A stretch of DNA of 64,000 nt from Moniliella sp. 'wahieum' (lineage: Eukaryota), in the NCBI GenBank assembly GCA_003971905.1, contig RSEE01000019.1, forward strand, positions 620,001 to 684,000, given 5' to 3'. Position 1 is the stretch's first letter, and every line of letters begins with the position of its first letter. This document shows positions 24,606 through 37,760 of the stretch, in pieces. A program made the position numbers and the translations under genes. The notes below the pieces were generated by a model, which was not told the DNA's origin, made no database searches, and saw only the letters and a list, made by a program, of their open reading frames with translations.

Positions 24606-25302
24606 AGTCGCAGCATCAAGTTCAAGTTACCAGAACGCAGTAGCCGAGGGAGGTTCCAGAAAGCATGCTCATCCGAAAGGCTAGTGTTGGCGTGGTGAGG
24701 TGTCCTTGGGCGCGGCGATCTTGTCTGTTGTTGCTTGGACATCAATTGAGGCTTGCCCGTTGCCGGCTCGATGGGGAGGTGACCGATTTGCTCCAGCAAC
24801 ACATCCCGCTCCTTGTTCGACCGGCCAAATTCGAGCTTTTGCCAGCGGTTGATCTGGCTAAAGCAGTATTCGCAAAGGTGGTGCATCCGCTTTGGCTTTC
24901 CACATCCAGGGCAATGCACAAGCGCTGGAAAAAGAGTAGGGTGAGCATCCGGTCAACTCTCTGCAGTAGCAAGGTTCGCAGGGGCACAGGGGCAAGACAT
25001 ACCAACGGTGGGGTACAACTTGGAGTTGGCCGAGTTGCGGGTACGAGTCATTTTGTGCGAGTTCTTTTGCTTCTGGACACCCTTCAGCAGGCCATCCCAC
25101 GCCAACGCATCCTGCTCGGGCGCAGGCGTGGCGTGGTGCACGTGGTCGCAGCCAGGCGCAGCAAGGGCGGGGGCCAGGCCGTGCGGGGTCGGAGGCGGCG
25201 GGGGAAATTAGGCATCCGGAGCGCAACCGACACGGACGGTCCGGTCCATTTGACGTGGACCGTCGTTTGGGCCAGCACCTGGCTCAGCCTTGACAGCGAC
25301 AT
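24584..25302 (-). CDS. MRPL32: Mitochondrial ribosomal protein bL32m (MrpL32)
   Basis: Presequence MSLSRLSQVLAQ; WDGLLKGVQKQKNSHKMTRTR; zinc knuckle CPGCGKPKRMHHLCEYC; one intron. 3' end uncertain. Confidence 0.78.
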
Positions 25303-25700
25303 GGTTGATGGTGGGAAGGAGGTCGGCCGGAGGCGTCGGCCGCTCGCCCAGCTCGCCTGGGGAGGGTTAGACCAATCGGACCTCAGAAGAACACCCGTTC
25401 CGCACACAGGAGTACATTCCGCTGCCTGAAATTGCAATCGACCGGGTAGTACGTAGGAGCCACGATTCAATGTTTCATTTGGATGGGGACCAGCAACTAA
25501 TGAATGATCTGGTGACCGTTTTTTCGTCCCTCGTCAGATCGTCAGACTAAGAACAGGTCCCGCATCGAGCCGTTGCTAGCGTCTCTTCCCAGCGCTCGCT
25601 GTGTTTCTCGGAAGGGTCATGCATGGTTGGCCGACTGGGCTATTCAACGCTAGGCCACATCTGCGATCCTGGGTTGTAGGCCACATAAGTTAGAGGTCGA

Positions 25701-27251
25701 TTAGCCAAAAATGGAGACATCGAGACCAGCGCCAAAGTCACGGACACAGAGAACCCCATTCTTGCCGCCAGTGACCACTTTGGATATGGACGTATCCACA
25801 CAGAGCAGGCCATAGGGCGAGCGCAGCAGCGTAAACACTGGGCTCCGTTCTCCGACCCGCCATAGATGGGTGCGTCCATCATAGCCAGCCGAGACGACAA
25901 CTGCTCGTTCTTGGGACACCGCCAGCGCACGAATGATGCCTTGGTGGCCTCCTTCCCACTCGTGCTCCTCGTCGCCCTTTCGGGTTAGGATGACACCATG
26001 GGACGATCCAAAAAATATGCCCCGATCCAGATGCGACACAGGTTGGTACATGGCTGCACTCATACACGCTCCCCACCTCCATGCCTGACTCCATTTGCCA
26101 ACGCGAAAGTATTTTGCTTGACGAGGCGGTGACCACTTCGTCGGGCGCATCGCCCAAAATGCAAGCCCCATTGATGGCTCGGCCATGGGAGTAGGTAGTC
26201 GTCTGTTGGTACCCATCCTTCCGGAACACACGGGCCAGGCCATCCCTACAACAAGTAACGAGGTAAGTCTGGTTCATCACGACATCGAGGACTTTGTCAG
26301 GATGCTCCACGACGTGAAGGATCAGGTCCTCCGGTGGTGCCATGGGCTCCGACAGCATCTTGACATAGTCCCACACGATCACCTTTCCATCCGACCCGCC
26401 GAATAAAGCTTGCCCTCATGCCCATCCAGACGCACACGGAGCACACTTCCCGTGTGCACCATCGCTTCAAAGATGACCTTGCTCGTACCACAATCCCAAA
26501 TCCGAACCGACCGATCCCGCGCGCCACTGATGATCAACGGGCATTCCGGCGTGATCAGACGACGTTCTCCAGAGGCCACCGGAAAAGCAAGATGGCCGGC
26601 CGATGCCATCCAGCGCCAGGGGTTCCCTTGAGCATCCGCGCCATCGTCAATCTCCGCCGTGTAGATGGCCCGTTTGGACACGTCCTCTACCGCATTCTCT
26701 GTGCAAAACGATTCTGGCGGCTGGAATTGACTTGGGATCACAGCATCTGGGACAGTCCCTTGGTCCGGCTGCGGCCAAGGGAACCGCGTTGGGCTCAGCT
26801 TCGAAGGCGGCTTGTCAATCGCATGCCATCGATGTTCGAGGGCGAAACGGGCCGTGTAGAGGCGGTACCAGTCAACCTGGCCGAGGTAGCAAGACACCTC
26901 GCCCGGCTCCAACGAATGTCCATGCCAGGAGGAACGGAGAAAGAAAGGGGAACGCAGCGTGCATGTCGCCCCCAGCCGCAGCCACTTTGCTGGCCAAGAT
27001 GGCCTCGGCGTCTCCCGGACCCGCCAAAAGCGGAGATAGAGGTTCTTCCACAGCGAGTTGTCAAACACCAGGTATTTCCACCCTTTGCATACCCGCGCTG
27101 CCGTCCACAGTTCAAACACATCTAGGCTGCCCAGAGCCGTCAAGATGGTAAGCCACACCTCGGGGGGAAGCCGGGTTAGAGGGCTCGGCCCATCCGGCGG
27201 AGCAGGGCTGGCACTGGTAGCCACAGAGTGCCCTAATCGATTGGTGGACAT
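25701..27251 (-). CDS. F-box/WD40-repeat protein
   Basis: F-box LTRLPPEVWLTIL...AARVCKGWKYLVFDNSLWKNLY; WD repeats IISGARDRSVRIWD, VIVWDY, VVSAGYDGRTHLW. Confidence 0.85.
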
Positions 27252-27688
27252 GGCGAGACTCCATCCGCACTCACGCCAATCGAAAGAGACCAAGGTAACG
27301 GTGGGCTGGAGTTGTTCAGCTCTGGGGTAAGGCCGGTAAGGCCTGAGGGGCAGGGCTTGCTCGGGGGTGGAAGCGCAGCTCGCAGCAAGGCACCTCCCAT
27401 TAACCAGATTGATTTCAACTTTCATTTTACCTGGCCTTGCACCTTGGGCCACCATCTACGCCAGGACGCCGCCTCCGGCCTCAGATGCGGTGGTCCAAGG
27501 TCTGTCTGTTCGTTGGTAGCAGTCTGCAGCCGCCCGTGCCACCCACCCCATCTTGTCTATGTCATTGTCCACGGCGCTCACCCAAGGTATTGGCAGGGAG
27601 CGCAGCGCTGCGTTCAAAGTTCAAACGGCGACTGGGCAAGAGATGCCCAAACAGAAGATAGTTCGGGTCATTAAGGTTGATTTTGGCA

Positions 27689-28716
27689 TCAGGCATCCAG
27701 GGGCTTCCGGATCCAAAAGACATAGTTGCACTGCTCGGTCAAAGAGCAGTCGCGTGGGGCCAGGTCCCACGTATGTTTCCAGGGAACATAGATGATTCCT
27801 CTTGTTTCGTACTGCAGACGCTGAGGAATCTGCAGGGCCAGCGGGGATTGGTGCCATCCGAGCCCCTTGGTAAAGTAGGGTCAGCTGGTCTGGGTCCACA
27901 TACTGGGCCCAGTGATGGGTGCCAGGCGTGGCAAGCCGCAGCACATTTTCAGCCATGGCGATGGTCAAAAACCAAGACAAGGGCGTTTTGGCAATCGTAC
28001 TCATAAAAATATGACCGCCAGGTTTGGCCAGCGCAGCCAGGGTGCGCACGAAGGATTCGGGATCGGCCACATGCTCGACCACTTCCATGGATGCCACCAC
28101 ATCAAATTGCTCCGCGCGCCAAGACTGCCTCGGCCGTGCCATGCTCATAGCGAAGCGTCGATTCGGGTCCTGATAACTCTGGATCCCGCGCGGCATGCTC
28201 CGAGGCAATAGCAATGTTGGACGCAGTCGCGTCAATGCCCAACGTCTTGCCTCCCAAACGGGCCAAGGACTGCAGCAGAGGTGTCTCCAGTCAGCCTACG
28301 ATACGAAACATCAAAAAAGGGGAGACACACACCTCGCTCAAGAGACCACCACCGCACCCACATCAATCACATCCTTGCCTTGGAGAAAGCGGGTGGGGAA
28401 GAGGGCGTCCGAGCCATCGTGGCCTTGCTGGCTAGCACGCAACGCATCTTCATACTGGGCCGTCTCCTCCATCTTTTGGCGGATAAATTGGACACGCGAA
28501 GGGTTCATGACGTGCAGCAGGCCAAATTCGCCCTTTTCGTTCCACCACTCGGACGACAGGCGGAAAAATGCTGAATCTCACTGTCCCGCACCGAAGATGG
28601 GGCACTGGCGGCGGTGCTCAGGGGCGCAGGCACGAGGGGATACGGGCGACAGACACAAGAGAGGGGCGAGAGGGAAGGCGCGGCCGCAGAAGGCATGCTG
28701 CTCTTGGGCTGGCCAT
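27689..28716 (-). CDS. COQ3: Ubiquinone biosynthesis O-methyltransferase
   Basis: SEWWNEKGEFGLLHVMNPSRVQFI, DVGAVV...ESLARLGG, FDVVASMEVVEHVADP, LATPGTHHW, C-terminal NYVFWIRKP. Confidence 0.9.
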
Positions 28717-28790
28717 GATGGGCAGGGAGGTGGATGGTTGGAGTGGGCCGCCCGCTGGTCCGCGCGCAGGTACTGTTTCGACTTGGCCTA

Positions 28791-28826
28791 GCTTGAAGCT
28801 TGAAGCTTGAAGCTTCAAGTTTGAAG
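28791..28826. repeat. (TTGAAGC)n heptamer array containing the palindrome CTTGAAGCTTCAAG, in the COQ3 promoter
   Basis: gcttgaagcttgaagcttgaagcttcaagtttgaag read directly. Confidence 0.85.
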
Positions 28827-29428
28827 AGCTGGAAAGCGGAGCAGCGGCTCAGCGTTGATTATGTCATCCAACGAAACATTGCAGCCTTTGCTGTCTGAGC
28901 GGGAGATGTCCAGGAGGCGGGCCGGTGGAGGACCAGAAAAGCACGAGGTGTGGGGGTGGGTGATGGATGGGGAGGTGAGCCGGTGGGGCTGGGAGGTCTG
29001 GGCCGTGAGGCCTGAGGAGCTGACGGCGGAGGCCGCATGCGGTGCCTCTCTACGGGTTGGGGTCGGCGGGCCTAAGCTGGTGGGCGCACAGCGGCAGGAG
29101 GGAGCGAGCTGACACATGCGTGTCGGCCCGAACACTGCTGCTATATCCGGGTTTGGTATGGGCCACGAGCCAATGCGGCGGTAACGCGCTGTCGCAGGTA
29201 ATACCCGCTGCCTGGGCCATGGCCGATGGCCGATCCTGCCCGGCACCCACTTCCACCCCCAGCCCGCCTGCCCACCCCCGCTGCACCCGGCCCGTGCTTG
29301 GGCCGATTCTCCCCCTGCCCCACTACCCCGGCCTGTCCTCTCTGCCTCGGTGTCTTGCCCCATCGCATCCACACCTCCCTTCTCCTTTCCTCCTTTCGTC
29401 CAACCCCACGCCCTCCCACTTCCATCAA

Positions 29429-30857
29429 ATGTCCCCTACTGTGAGTCTCACTGTCCTTTTGCTAGGCGCCGTGCCCCGCTGATCTCTCCCCGGGTTTGTC
29501 TGCAAGTCACCAAGATCAAGGTCCAGCGCCCCGTCGTCGAGCTCGACGGGGATGAAATGACAGTACGTTTCGCGTCTTGCTCTAGCCTCTCGCCCCCTTT
29601 CTCCCGCGTTGGCCCCATCCTTCTAACCACGGCCCCTTTACGTGTCCGCGAGCAGCGCATCATTTGGCAGAAGATCCGCCAAGATCTGATCTTGCCTTAC
29701 CTCGACATTGACCTCAAGTACTACGACTGAGCATCACCTCGCGCGATGCCACCAACGATCAGATCACCATCGACGCCGCCAATGCCATCAAGAAGCACTC
29801 GGTTGGTGTCAAGTGCGCCACCATTACCCCTGACGAGGCTCGGGTCAAGGAGTTTGGATTGAAAAAGATGTGGCTCTCGCCCAACGGGACCATCCGCAAC
29901 ATTCTCGGCGGCACCGTCTTTCGCGAGCCGATTGTGCTGAACAAGATCCCCAAACCTGTGCCAGGATGGACGGAACCCATTTGCATTGGTCGCCATGCGT
30001 TTGGGGATCAGTACCGCTGCGTCAACACAGTGATTGATGGACCAGGAAAGTTGACCATGACGTTCGAAGGTGCCGATGGAAAGAAGACAGAATGGCCCGT
30101 CTACGATTACCCCTCTCAGGGCGGCGTGGCGATGAGCATGTACAACACGACCGAGTCGATCGAAGGCTTTGCCCATGCTTCGTTCAAGATGGCCCTCAGC
30201 AAAAAGATGCCACTGTACCTGGCCACCAAGAACACCATTCTTAAAGCGTACGATGGCAAAGTCAAGGACACGTTCCAGGCCATTTACGAGGCCGAATACA
30301 AGGTCGAATTTGAGAAACTCGGGCTGTGGTACGAGCACCGCCTGATTGACGATATGGTCGCCCAGGCCATCAAGGGCAAGGGGGGGTTCGTATGGGCATG
30401 CAAGAACTACGACGGAGACGTCTTGTCGGATATTGTGGCCCAAGGGTTTGGTTCGTTGGGCATGATGACCTCGGAACTGATCACGCCCGATGGCCTGACG
30501 ATGGAATCCGAGGCGGCACACGGAACGGTGACGAGGCACTACCGCCTGCACCAAGAGGGCAAGGAGACTTCGACCAACAGCGTTGCCTCCATCTATGCCT
30601 GGTCGCGCGGGCTCAAATTCCGAGGCCAGTTGGACGGGAACGGAAAGCTGATCCAGTTTGCGCAGTTGCTCGAGGACGCATGCATCCATACCATCGACAA
30701 GGACAATGTCGTGACCAAGGATCTGGCCTTGATCATGAAGGGCAAAGCCATGGTCCGGGAGGACTATGTTACCACCGAGGGCTTCCTCGACCACGTGGCC
30801 AAAGTGCTCCATGCCAAGGTTGGCCGCGAATTTGACGGCCCCACAGCGAAGTTGTAA
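29429..30857 (+). CDS. IDP: NADP-dependent isocitrate dehydrogenase with C-terminal PTS1 (AKL)
   Basis: [65 protein letters not shown]; ends PTAKL-TAA; two 5' introns. Confidence 0.97.
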
Positions 30858-31252
30858 CGTTTCTCACGCCTAGACGGCGATATAATGGATGCATTTTCTT
30901 TCCATGTGGGGGGTGGCCAACTGGTGTCGGCTTGCGCATGTGCCTCCTTCGACAGACTCATCTCGTGTGCCTTGTCTTGCACGCTCCGACGCGAGTGCAA
31001 GTAGGAGCCAGGTGCCCGGGGGGCATTGACGTGCTGGCCCCGGCTGCAATTGGGCAATGCCACCGGTTCAACTGGGCTGCCAACCGCGTTCCGCCGCCGC
31101 CCAACTCCGCCGGCTGGCTCCGCATTCAGTCAGGCGCTGCTGTCCCGCCGATGGCGCGATACGGGCGCCGTGCCCTGCGGTGCCCTGCCCGGCCGCGCTA
31201 GGGTTGCCCTGAGCGCTCCAGGCGGCGGGCGTGGGTGCTGCATGTCAGGGGG

Positions 31253-34200
31253 ATGTCGGGGGGCGGCCGCCCGCCCGCCGCCACCCGACCACCTCCGCCC
31301 CCCCACGGTGGCGATGAGCGTCCCCGACGATCCGGCCGCCGCCGCGCCCGCCGCGCCTCCCCCCATGCCACCCACATGCGCTTCTCCTCCTCCCACATGG
31401 AGTCCTCCGTCACGCGCCTCCTCGTCGCAACCAAGATGCTGCTCGAGAGCCTGACCAAGTGGGCCGCCGGCGCCTGCAGCGAGGAGCATGTCAGCGACAT
31501 CTATGTCCGCCTCGGCAACGACTTCAACGCCGCCCGCCTTGCGTTTGGGTCCTACGGCATCTCCATGGCCGAGCTCGAGTCGTGCCCGACGACCTGCGCG
31601 CCTGTCTCGAGGCATGCCTGTCCGAAGAGGCTTCTCAGGCCGCCCTCGATCACCATCTGCCCCAAGTGCGGGAGATTGTGGTGGGTCTGTTGCAGGGCCT
31701 CAAGTCGAAACAGGCGCTCTACAAGGAGTACCTTCTTGCCTCCCGCCAGTCGCGCAACGCGCTTCCATCGACCTCCCCTCACGCCTCCGCTTCTGCGCAT
31801 TCGCACCACGCCACGCAAAGGTCCACATCCAACGTCTCCTCCCGCTCTGCTGCGTCGGCCGCTGCCCCGCCCTCCTCTGCATCCATGATGGCCTCGGATG
31901 TCCAGGCGGCGCGGCGCGAGTCGTATCAGCTTCTCGAACAGGCTCATCACAGCCGCTCCAGCACGTCTGGCGACGCGTCCGCTCGCCGCAGCGTCATGGG
32001 TCCCCGTTCGCCCCCCGACATGACGCGCCATCAGTCGGCCCAGCAACCCGCTTTTCCGGCGCCGCCCAACCCGCCCACCTGGAGCGGCACACTCTGGTAG
32101 ATGAGGCAATGCCCCCATATCCTGCCCCCTCTGGGACTAGCCCCCCCGGGCGGGATAAGACGCTGCCGCCACCACCGCCAGGGCAGGCCCCTTCGCGTCA
32201 TACCTCCTCAGCGTCCATGTCCTCAGTTTCGGTGGCGCGCACCCGGCGTGCCCACCACCAGCACTCGTCTTCCTCTCTCTCGACTACCCACTCGGTTCGG
32301 GGCCGGTCGCCTCTGCCAACGATCGAGGCAGACATGCCGATGTCCTTCCCCCGCACACCTGAACCGGAAGACGATGGGTCGGACCCATCTCTGCGTGCCC
32401 TCAAATCGCGTGATGCACTAGAGCGGCGTGCATCCAAACGATTCTCGGCGTATACCCTTAACAAGATGGGCATCTCTCCCTCGGGCTTCAATAACATGAG
32501 TCCAACGGCCAAACGTAGTACACGGGCTCAGACGGCACCCAACATGCCTGATCTGTCACCTCAAAAGCTCACTTCCACCCTGCCCGAGGTGCCTGGCCCC
32601 CAAGAGCCTATTCCCGCGCTGCCTTCCTCAGGAACAGCGGTCTCGCCAGGACCATTTGCTCGTGGGCCCAAGAGTGCCAAGCGACAACCATCCATCAGCA
32701 GTGCCGGTTTGCCTTCTTCCATTCCTGGCCCTGGAGCTGAAACGCTGCCTGAGGCAGCTCGCGTGCTCCCCACCATTGGGATGGAAGCTGCATCCCCTCC
32801 TCGTCCTGCTCCAACACTGACGAACCTGCTTCGCTGGGATCGGAGGAGACTGACTCTTCCGACCCCACTCCTTTCTCCACCCTCCCTTCCGATGGCACTT
32901 CACCAGAAGGCCAATCTCCCCTTCCCACTCTGGCCGCTGAAGCTGGGGCGACACCCAAGGCCTTTGACCACCCTGACCTTTCCCCGGCCGAGACGCTTCA
33001 TTCGATCGATGTATTTGTTCAGCTCGGCCGGCTGACCAAGAAGGCAACCTTGAATCTGGAGCCAGACTCACCTTTGACCATTGCGCGACTCCGGATGTTT
33101 TTGTCGATCGGTTTGGCTACTCTCCTGGGCAAGACGATTTCCCTCCCATTTACATCAAAGACCCGTCCACCGGCGTCGAATACGAATTGAGGACTTGAAC
33201 GATGTTCTTTCGGGCACACTTTTGACGCTCAATATTGATTGTAAGGTACCCTGCTCTTACTCACAGTATCATTGCTAACTTTGCATGGGCAGCGTTGGAC
33301 CAAGTACGCCAGCACCTCGATGTTTCGCTGGGAACGCTCACGCGTGAACTACGCGAGCTCAAGGCGGCCTTCAATGAACAGAAGGAGCGAGCACGGGAGG
33401 TCCCGACCAGTCAACAGCTCCAACTCTTACTCTCCGAGCAACAATGGCAGTTTGCCCTCGGCAACTGTTGTCGGGGCCAATGGTGGGCCACCCCTCAGTG
33501 CGAACGAGCCCTCGGGTCGAGAAAAGATCTCCAATGAGGACTTTGCCGCAGCGGGGCAGCGGGTCGCACTACTGGCTCGTTCCGCTACCGTCTCGCGTCC
33601 GTCCCCGAAAAATGAAAAGGATGGAGACCCGACGGTGGCTTCCGCCACCGTCGCTGCCGACGCGTCCAGCTCTGAGGCGGTGGCAGCGACTGAGGAGCCT
33701 GGGTCCAACTCGATCGTCTTGTCGGGCACTGCAATGGCCGAAGACCTCCAGCGGCAGTTTGAAGCGGTCCAGGGGTTACGTCAAGAGATGGCCGTGATGA
33801 AACAAGTCCAGCGGGAATTTAGTGGCGATGTGGGCGGTCTGTTGCGTGATCTGCGGGAGCAAAACCAGCGAGTGCGGGCGCTCGTGTCCCAAGATGCTCC
33901 GGTCCAGCGTTCTTTTATTGAAGCGGGTAAGGCGCAGGTCGATACACAATCGCAAGAGGTTTTGACGTTGGTAGAGGACCTGCAAGATACGGTGGATGAT
34001 CTCAAGATGGACGTGATCCAGCGCAAGGTAACCCCCCGTCCTCAGGCGCTCAAGAAGATCCATGCCGACATTGCCGCGGCCACGCAAGGACTCGAGCAGC
34101 TGGAGCGCTATGTTCAGTCGGTCAAGCCGGCTTGGAAGAAGACGTGGGAACAGGAGCTCAAGGTGATTGTTGAAGAGCAAGAATTCCTTCGGCACCAAGA

Positions 34201-34928
34201 AGGGTTGATTATGGACCTTCGCGACGACCAGTCTGCTTTGCAAGACGTGTTTGACCAGATCCAAAAGGTTCTTCGTCTCCGCTCGGCAGCCGCACGCCAA
34301 CCTTCGGGTGGGAAAGAAGGACCGGGGGGTTCCCCACACTTCGCCCGGTTGGATTCATCCCCCCACCCCGACGAGGAGCACAAAGGGCTAAGTACTGTTG
34401 TGCTCGAGGTGCGTGGCCAAGCGGTCGACCATGCACGCCGTCTGCGCGCATTGCAGGCAGCGGAGCGAGCATGGGCCAAAGAGCGTTCTGAAAAGGAAAA
34501 GGACGAGTTTGCTGAAGAACTGGCTGGGTTTGTCGACCACAAGACGCTCCGCCGAACCGGTGGCCACTTGGAGGCAGAGCGGATCCGCAAAAGCGAGACG
34601 AGGCGACTCGTTTGGCGATGCTGTCAGGCGACGCTCAGCAAGTCGGAGGAGCACCGTCAATGTGGGCCAATTCAAGCCCAAGCGACTGATCTGGGGCAAG
34701 AACCGGAGCCCTTCGCCTGTGCCTGGAGGCGCACGTCCGTCCCTACCTCGATCCATTTCAACGGCGACTTCAACTGCCGACGTCTCTGTCTCCTCGGCGC
34801 CCAAGAGTCCTCGCTTGGGTGCAGCTCGTCTTTCTCCCCAGTCGCCTCAACCGGCTGTCCTGCAGACACCGCCCCCGCGGCGGGCGGGGCAGACCCGGCC
34901 AAACGAAGAGGAATCGCAGGAGGCTTGA
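31253..34928 (+). CDS. BUD6: Bud6/Aip3 actin-interacting polarisome protein
   Basis: [38 protein letters not shown]3 domain [22 protein letters not shown]...[23 protein letters not shown]. Confidence 0.88.
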
Positions 34929-35132
34929 GAAGGGGAGCCGAGCCGCTTCAGACCTCCCTTCCAGCCCCATCTCATCGCAGTCTGTCACTTCTTGCATTCA
35001 TACTACAGTCTATACCTGGTGCGCTGCCAACATGATAGGAACAGTGAGCATGCAGTACGCCGCGAGAGTGCGAATCAGAGATCAGAGCCAGCGGGACACC
35101 CATCAACCGGATCGTCAGGTCAGGCCGTGGGT

Positions 35133-37425
35133 TCACCTGGACGAGGTCTTGCTCTTGGCACTTTTCTTGCTAGCTTTCTCTAGCGACTTTTGAATCAACG
35201 AAGCATCCTCCTCCTCGTTGAACAGCGACTCGTCAGCCTTGGCGTGGGCGGCCTTCTTGTTCTTGCGTGCCTGCGTGCCCTTGGCTCCTCCCGAGCCAGC
35301 ACCAAAGCCGGTCATCTCCGGCTCCTCCTCCTCTCTTGCTTGGCCGAGGTGTGAGTCTTATCCCGCGGGCTGACTTTGAGCTTGGCAACAAAGAAACCGT
35401 CGAGGTTGTGCACGTGAGGGAAGATGCGCTTGGTGAGCGGCATCTTGGCATCAAACTTCTTGCCCCGGAAGGAGGGGAAGCCATCCCGGCCAAAGTCGAC
35501 GCCCGTGGGGACAAGCTTAACATTGGGCCGCTTGCGCAGCGCATACTCGACCACCTCCTCGTCCTCCTCCACCAGGACCGAACAGGTGGAGTAGACCACG
35601 TACCCTCCCGTCGGCGAGCGGGTATTGATCGAGTCAATCGCACACAGGATCAGCTGCTTTTGCAAGTGAGTGAGCAGTTGCATATCGCGTTCGCCCTTGT
35701 TGGTCTTGACACTGGCATCTTTGCTGATCACCCCGGTGCCCGAGCAGGGCGAGTCGAGGAGGACGCGATCAAAGCCCCCCATGACCTTGGGGAACATGCG
35801 GCCATCGTAATTGCAAACCACCACGTTCTTGCATCCCAGCCGGTGCACATTGGCCGTCAACGACTTGATGCGCGCCTTGTTGGCGTCATTGGCAAACACA
35901 ACCCCCGTGTTCTGCATCAGTGCCGACAGGTACGTCGACTTGCCTCCCGGAGCGGAGGCCATGTCCAGCACCCGCTCTCCCGGCTGGGGAGCGAGCGCAA
36001 TGCAGGGAAGGAAGGACGAAGCGGCTTGGAGCATGTACTGGCCCGCCAAGTACTCGGGCGTAGCCCCGACCGGCACCGACGACTCAAACACTTGCAGTCC
36101 CACCTTGGACCACTCCCCCAGAGGCTCCAGCGACACACCCCGGTTGATCAGGGCTTGGGCCAAGTCCCTCCTGCGGGTACGAAGGGTGTTGGTGCGGATG
36201 GTAACCGGGCGGGGCATCTCGTTGGCCTCGAAAAACTCCAGCGCCTACCAGCATGAAAAATCAACGTCAGTATACGGTCCCAGGGCGGGGATTCGGCTTC
36301 AACCACGTACCTCGGCGGGGGCAAACAAGTCAAAAAACTTCTCGGCCAAAAACCGGTTGTAGCCATAGTAGGAGCAAATGTCTTCCAACAACATCTCCAC
36401 ATACTCGGCACGGCTCCGCGCACCCGTCATGTCCGACTTGTCAAAGTTCTTCCAGTTGGTCAGGACCGTCACCGTCTCCTGCATGCGCTGCTGGACAATC
36501 TTGAGATCGGTGCCCTGAAGCTCGGCGATGCTTTGCTCCGCATCTTGAAGGGTGGGGAGCATCATGTCTTCGTCCTCCTCAGCCGCCGAACTGTCCTCCG
36601 CGGCTTCCTCATCGTCCTCCTCTTCGTCCGCACCATCCAAGTCAAATTCGTCACCACCCTCCTCGTCCTCGTCCGACGAGCCTTCCAGCTCATCCGCATC
36701 ATCACCAGCATCCAAGAAGGCCATCTGCTCCGAGGTGAGCGACTCGTCATCGTCAGCTTCCTCTTCTGCTTGACGAGCAGCGTCCTTCTTGGCCTTTTTG
36801 CCCTTGGTCTTTTCTCAGACTTGGACTTGCCCTTCTCCTCCTCGTCCGAGTCGAGCGAGTAGCCTTGCGACTTCAGCAGTTGCTCCAGCCGTGCAATCTC
36901 TGCCAACGCCTTCTCCCGCTTCTTGCCCGTTAGCTTGCCGGTATCGGGCAGGTCAAAGCCAAGCTGGGATACGAGCGCATCAGGAACCTCCTCGGATCCC
37001 GTGGCGGCGGCCTTGGCCTTCTTGGTCTTCTTTGTGGGAACAGGCTCCTCTTCCTCTTCTTCTTCCTCCTCCTCCTCATCGTCTACCTCAACGTCCTCGT
37101 CCTCGTCGCTTTCCGCGTCTTCCTCCTCCGAGTCGGCGGGCGCATTGAGAGCCTGCTCCAAAGCACTGGGGTCAAAATCGCCAAACCCGTGCTCCTGCTC
37201 GTCGTCATCCTCCTCGGCATCGGACAGAAGCGGGTCGTCCTTGCTAGGCTTGTGGTTCTTCTTGCCACCGCGGACACCGCGGCGGGACTTGGCCTTGAGA
37301 GCGCCCTCGTCGTCAACAGGCGTGGCGGGGGCCTTGCGCTTCCCGCCAGCAAGGGCCGAAGGCTTGCCGTTGGCGGCGGAAATGGGAGCAGGGGCGGCTT
37401 GCTTGTTGCGTTGGCGGCGACCCAT
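35133..37425 (-). CDS. NOP2: 25S rRNA m5C methyltransferase Nop2
   Basis: MGRRQRNKQ, acidic N-terminus, PRPVTIRTNTL, GATPEYLAGQYMLQ, VLDMASAPGGKS, FDRVLLDSPCSG, VVYSTCS, PHVHNLDGFFVAK. Confidence 0.96.
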
Positions 37426-37760
37426 TGTCGTTCGGGATGAGCCAGCAGAGGTGGGGGAGAGGCTGACGACAAGAAAAGCAGCGGTGCAGGTGGGATGGAA
37501 AAAAAATAAAAGACACCTGCCGTTGCTATTCCGCCCATTCCGCCGTGGCATTGTGAAACGTTGCAATGCTGCTGCCGGGACCTTCACGTTACGCGTCACA
37601 CGCGTCACGCGGCACGGGGCAAAGTCACAAGTCTGTCACATGTGTGTCACACGTGACGGTCTGCGTTCCGAAGCTTCAAGTTGCAGTCTCCCGATGACGT
37701 TGGTCGTCGACAAAAGCCACCTCCACCACCGCCTTCTTCCCCCACGCGGGCCTCCTCCTC
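37426..37760. promoter_or_regulatory. Bidirectional NOP2/OPA3 promoter with tandem ACGCGTCAC and CACGTGAC sites
   Basis: acgcgtcacacgcgtcacgc at 37591-37610; gtcacacgtgac near 37646-37657. Confidence 0.6.
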
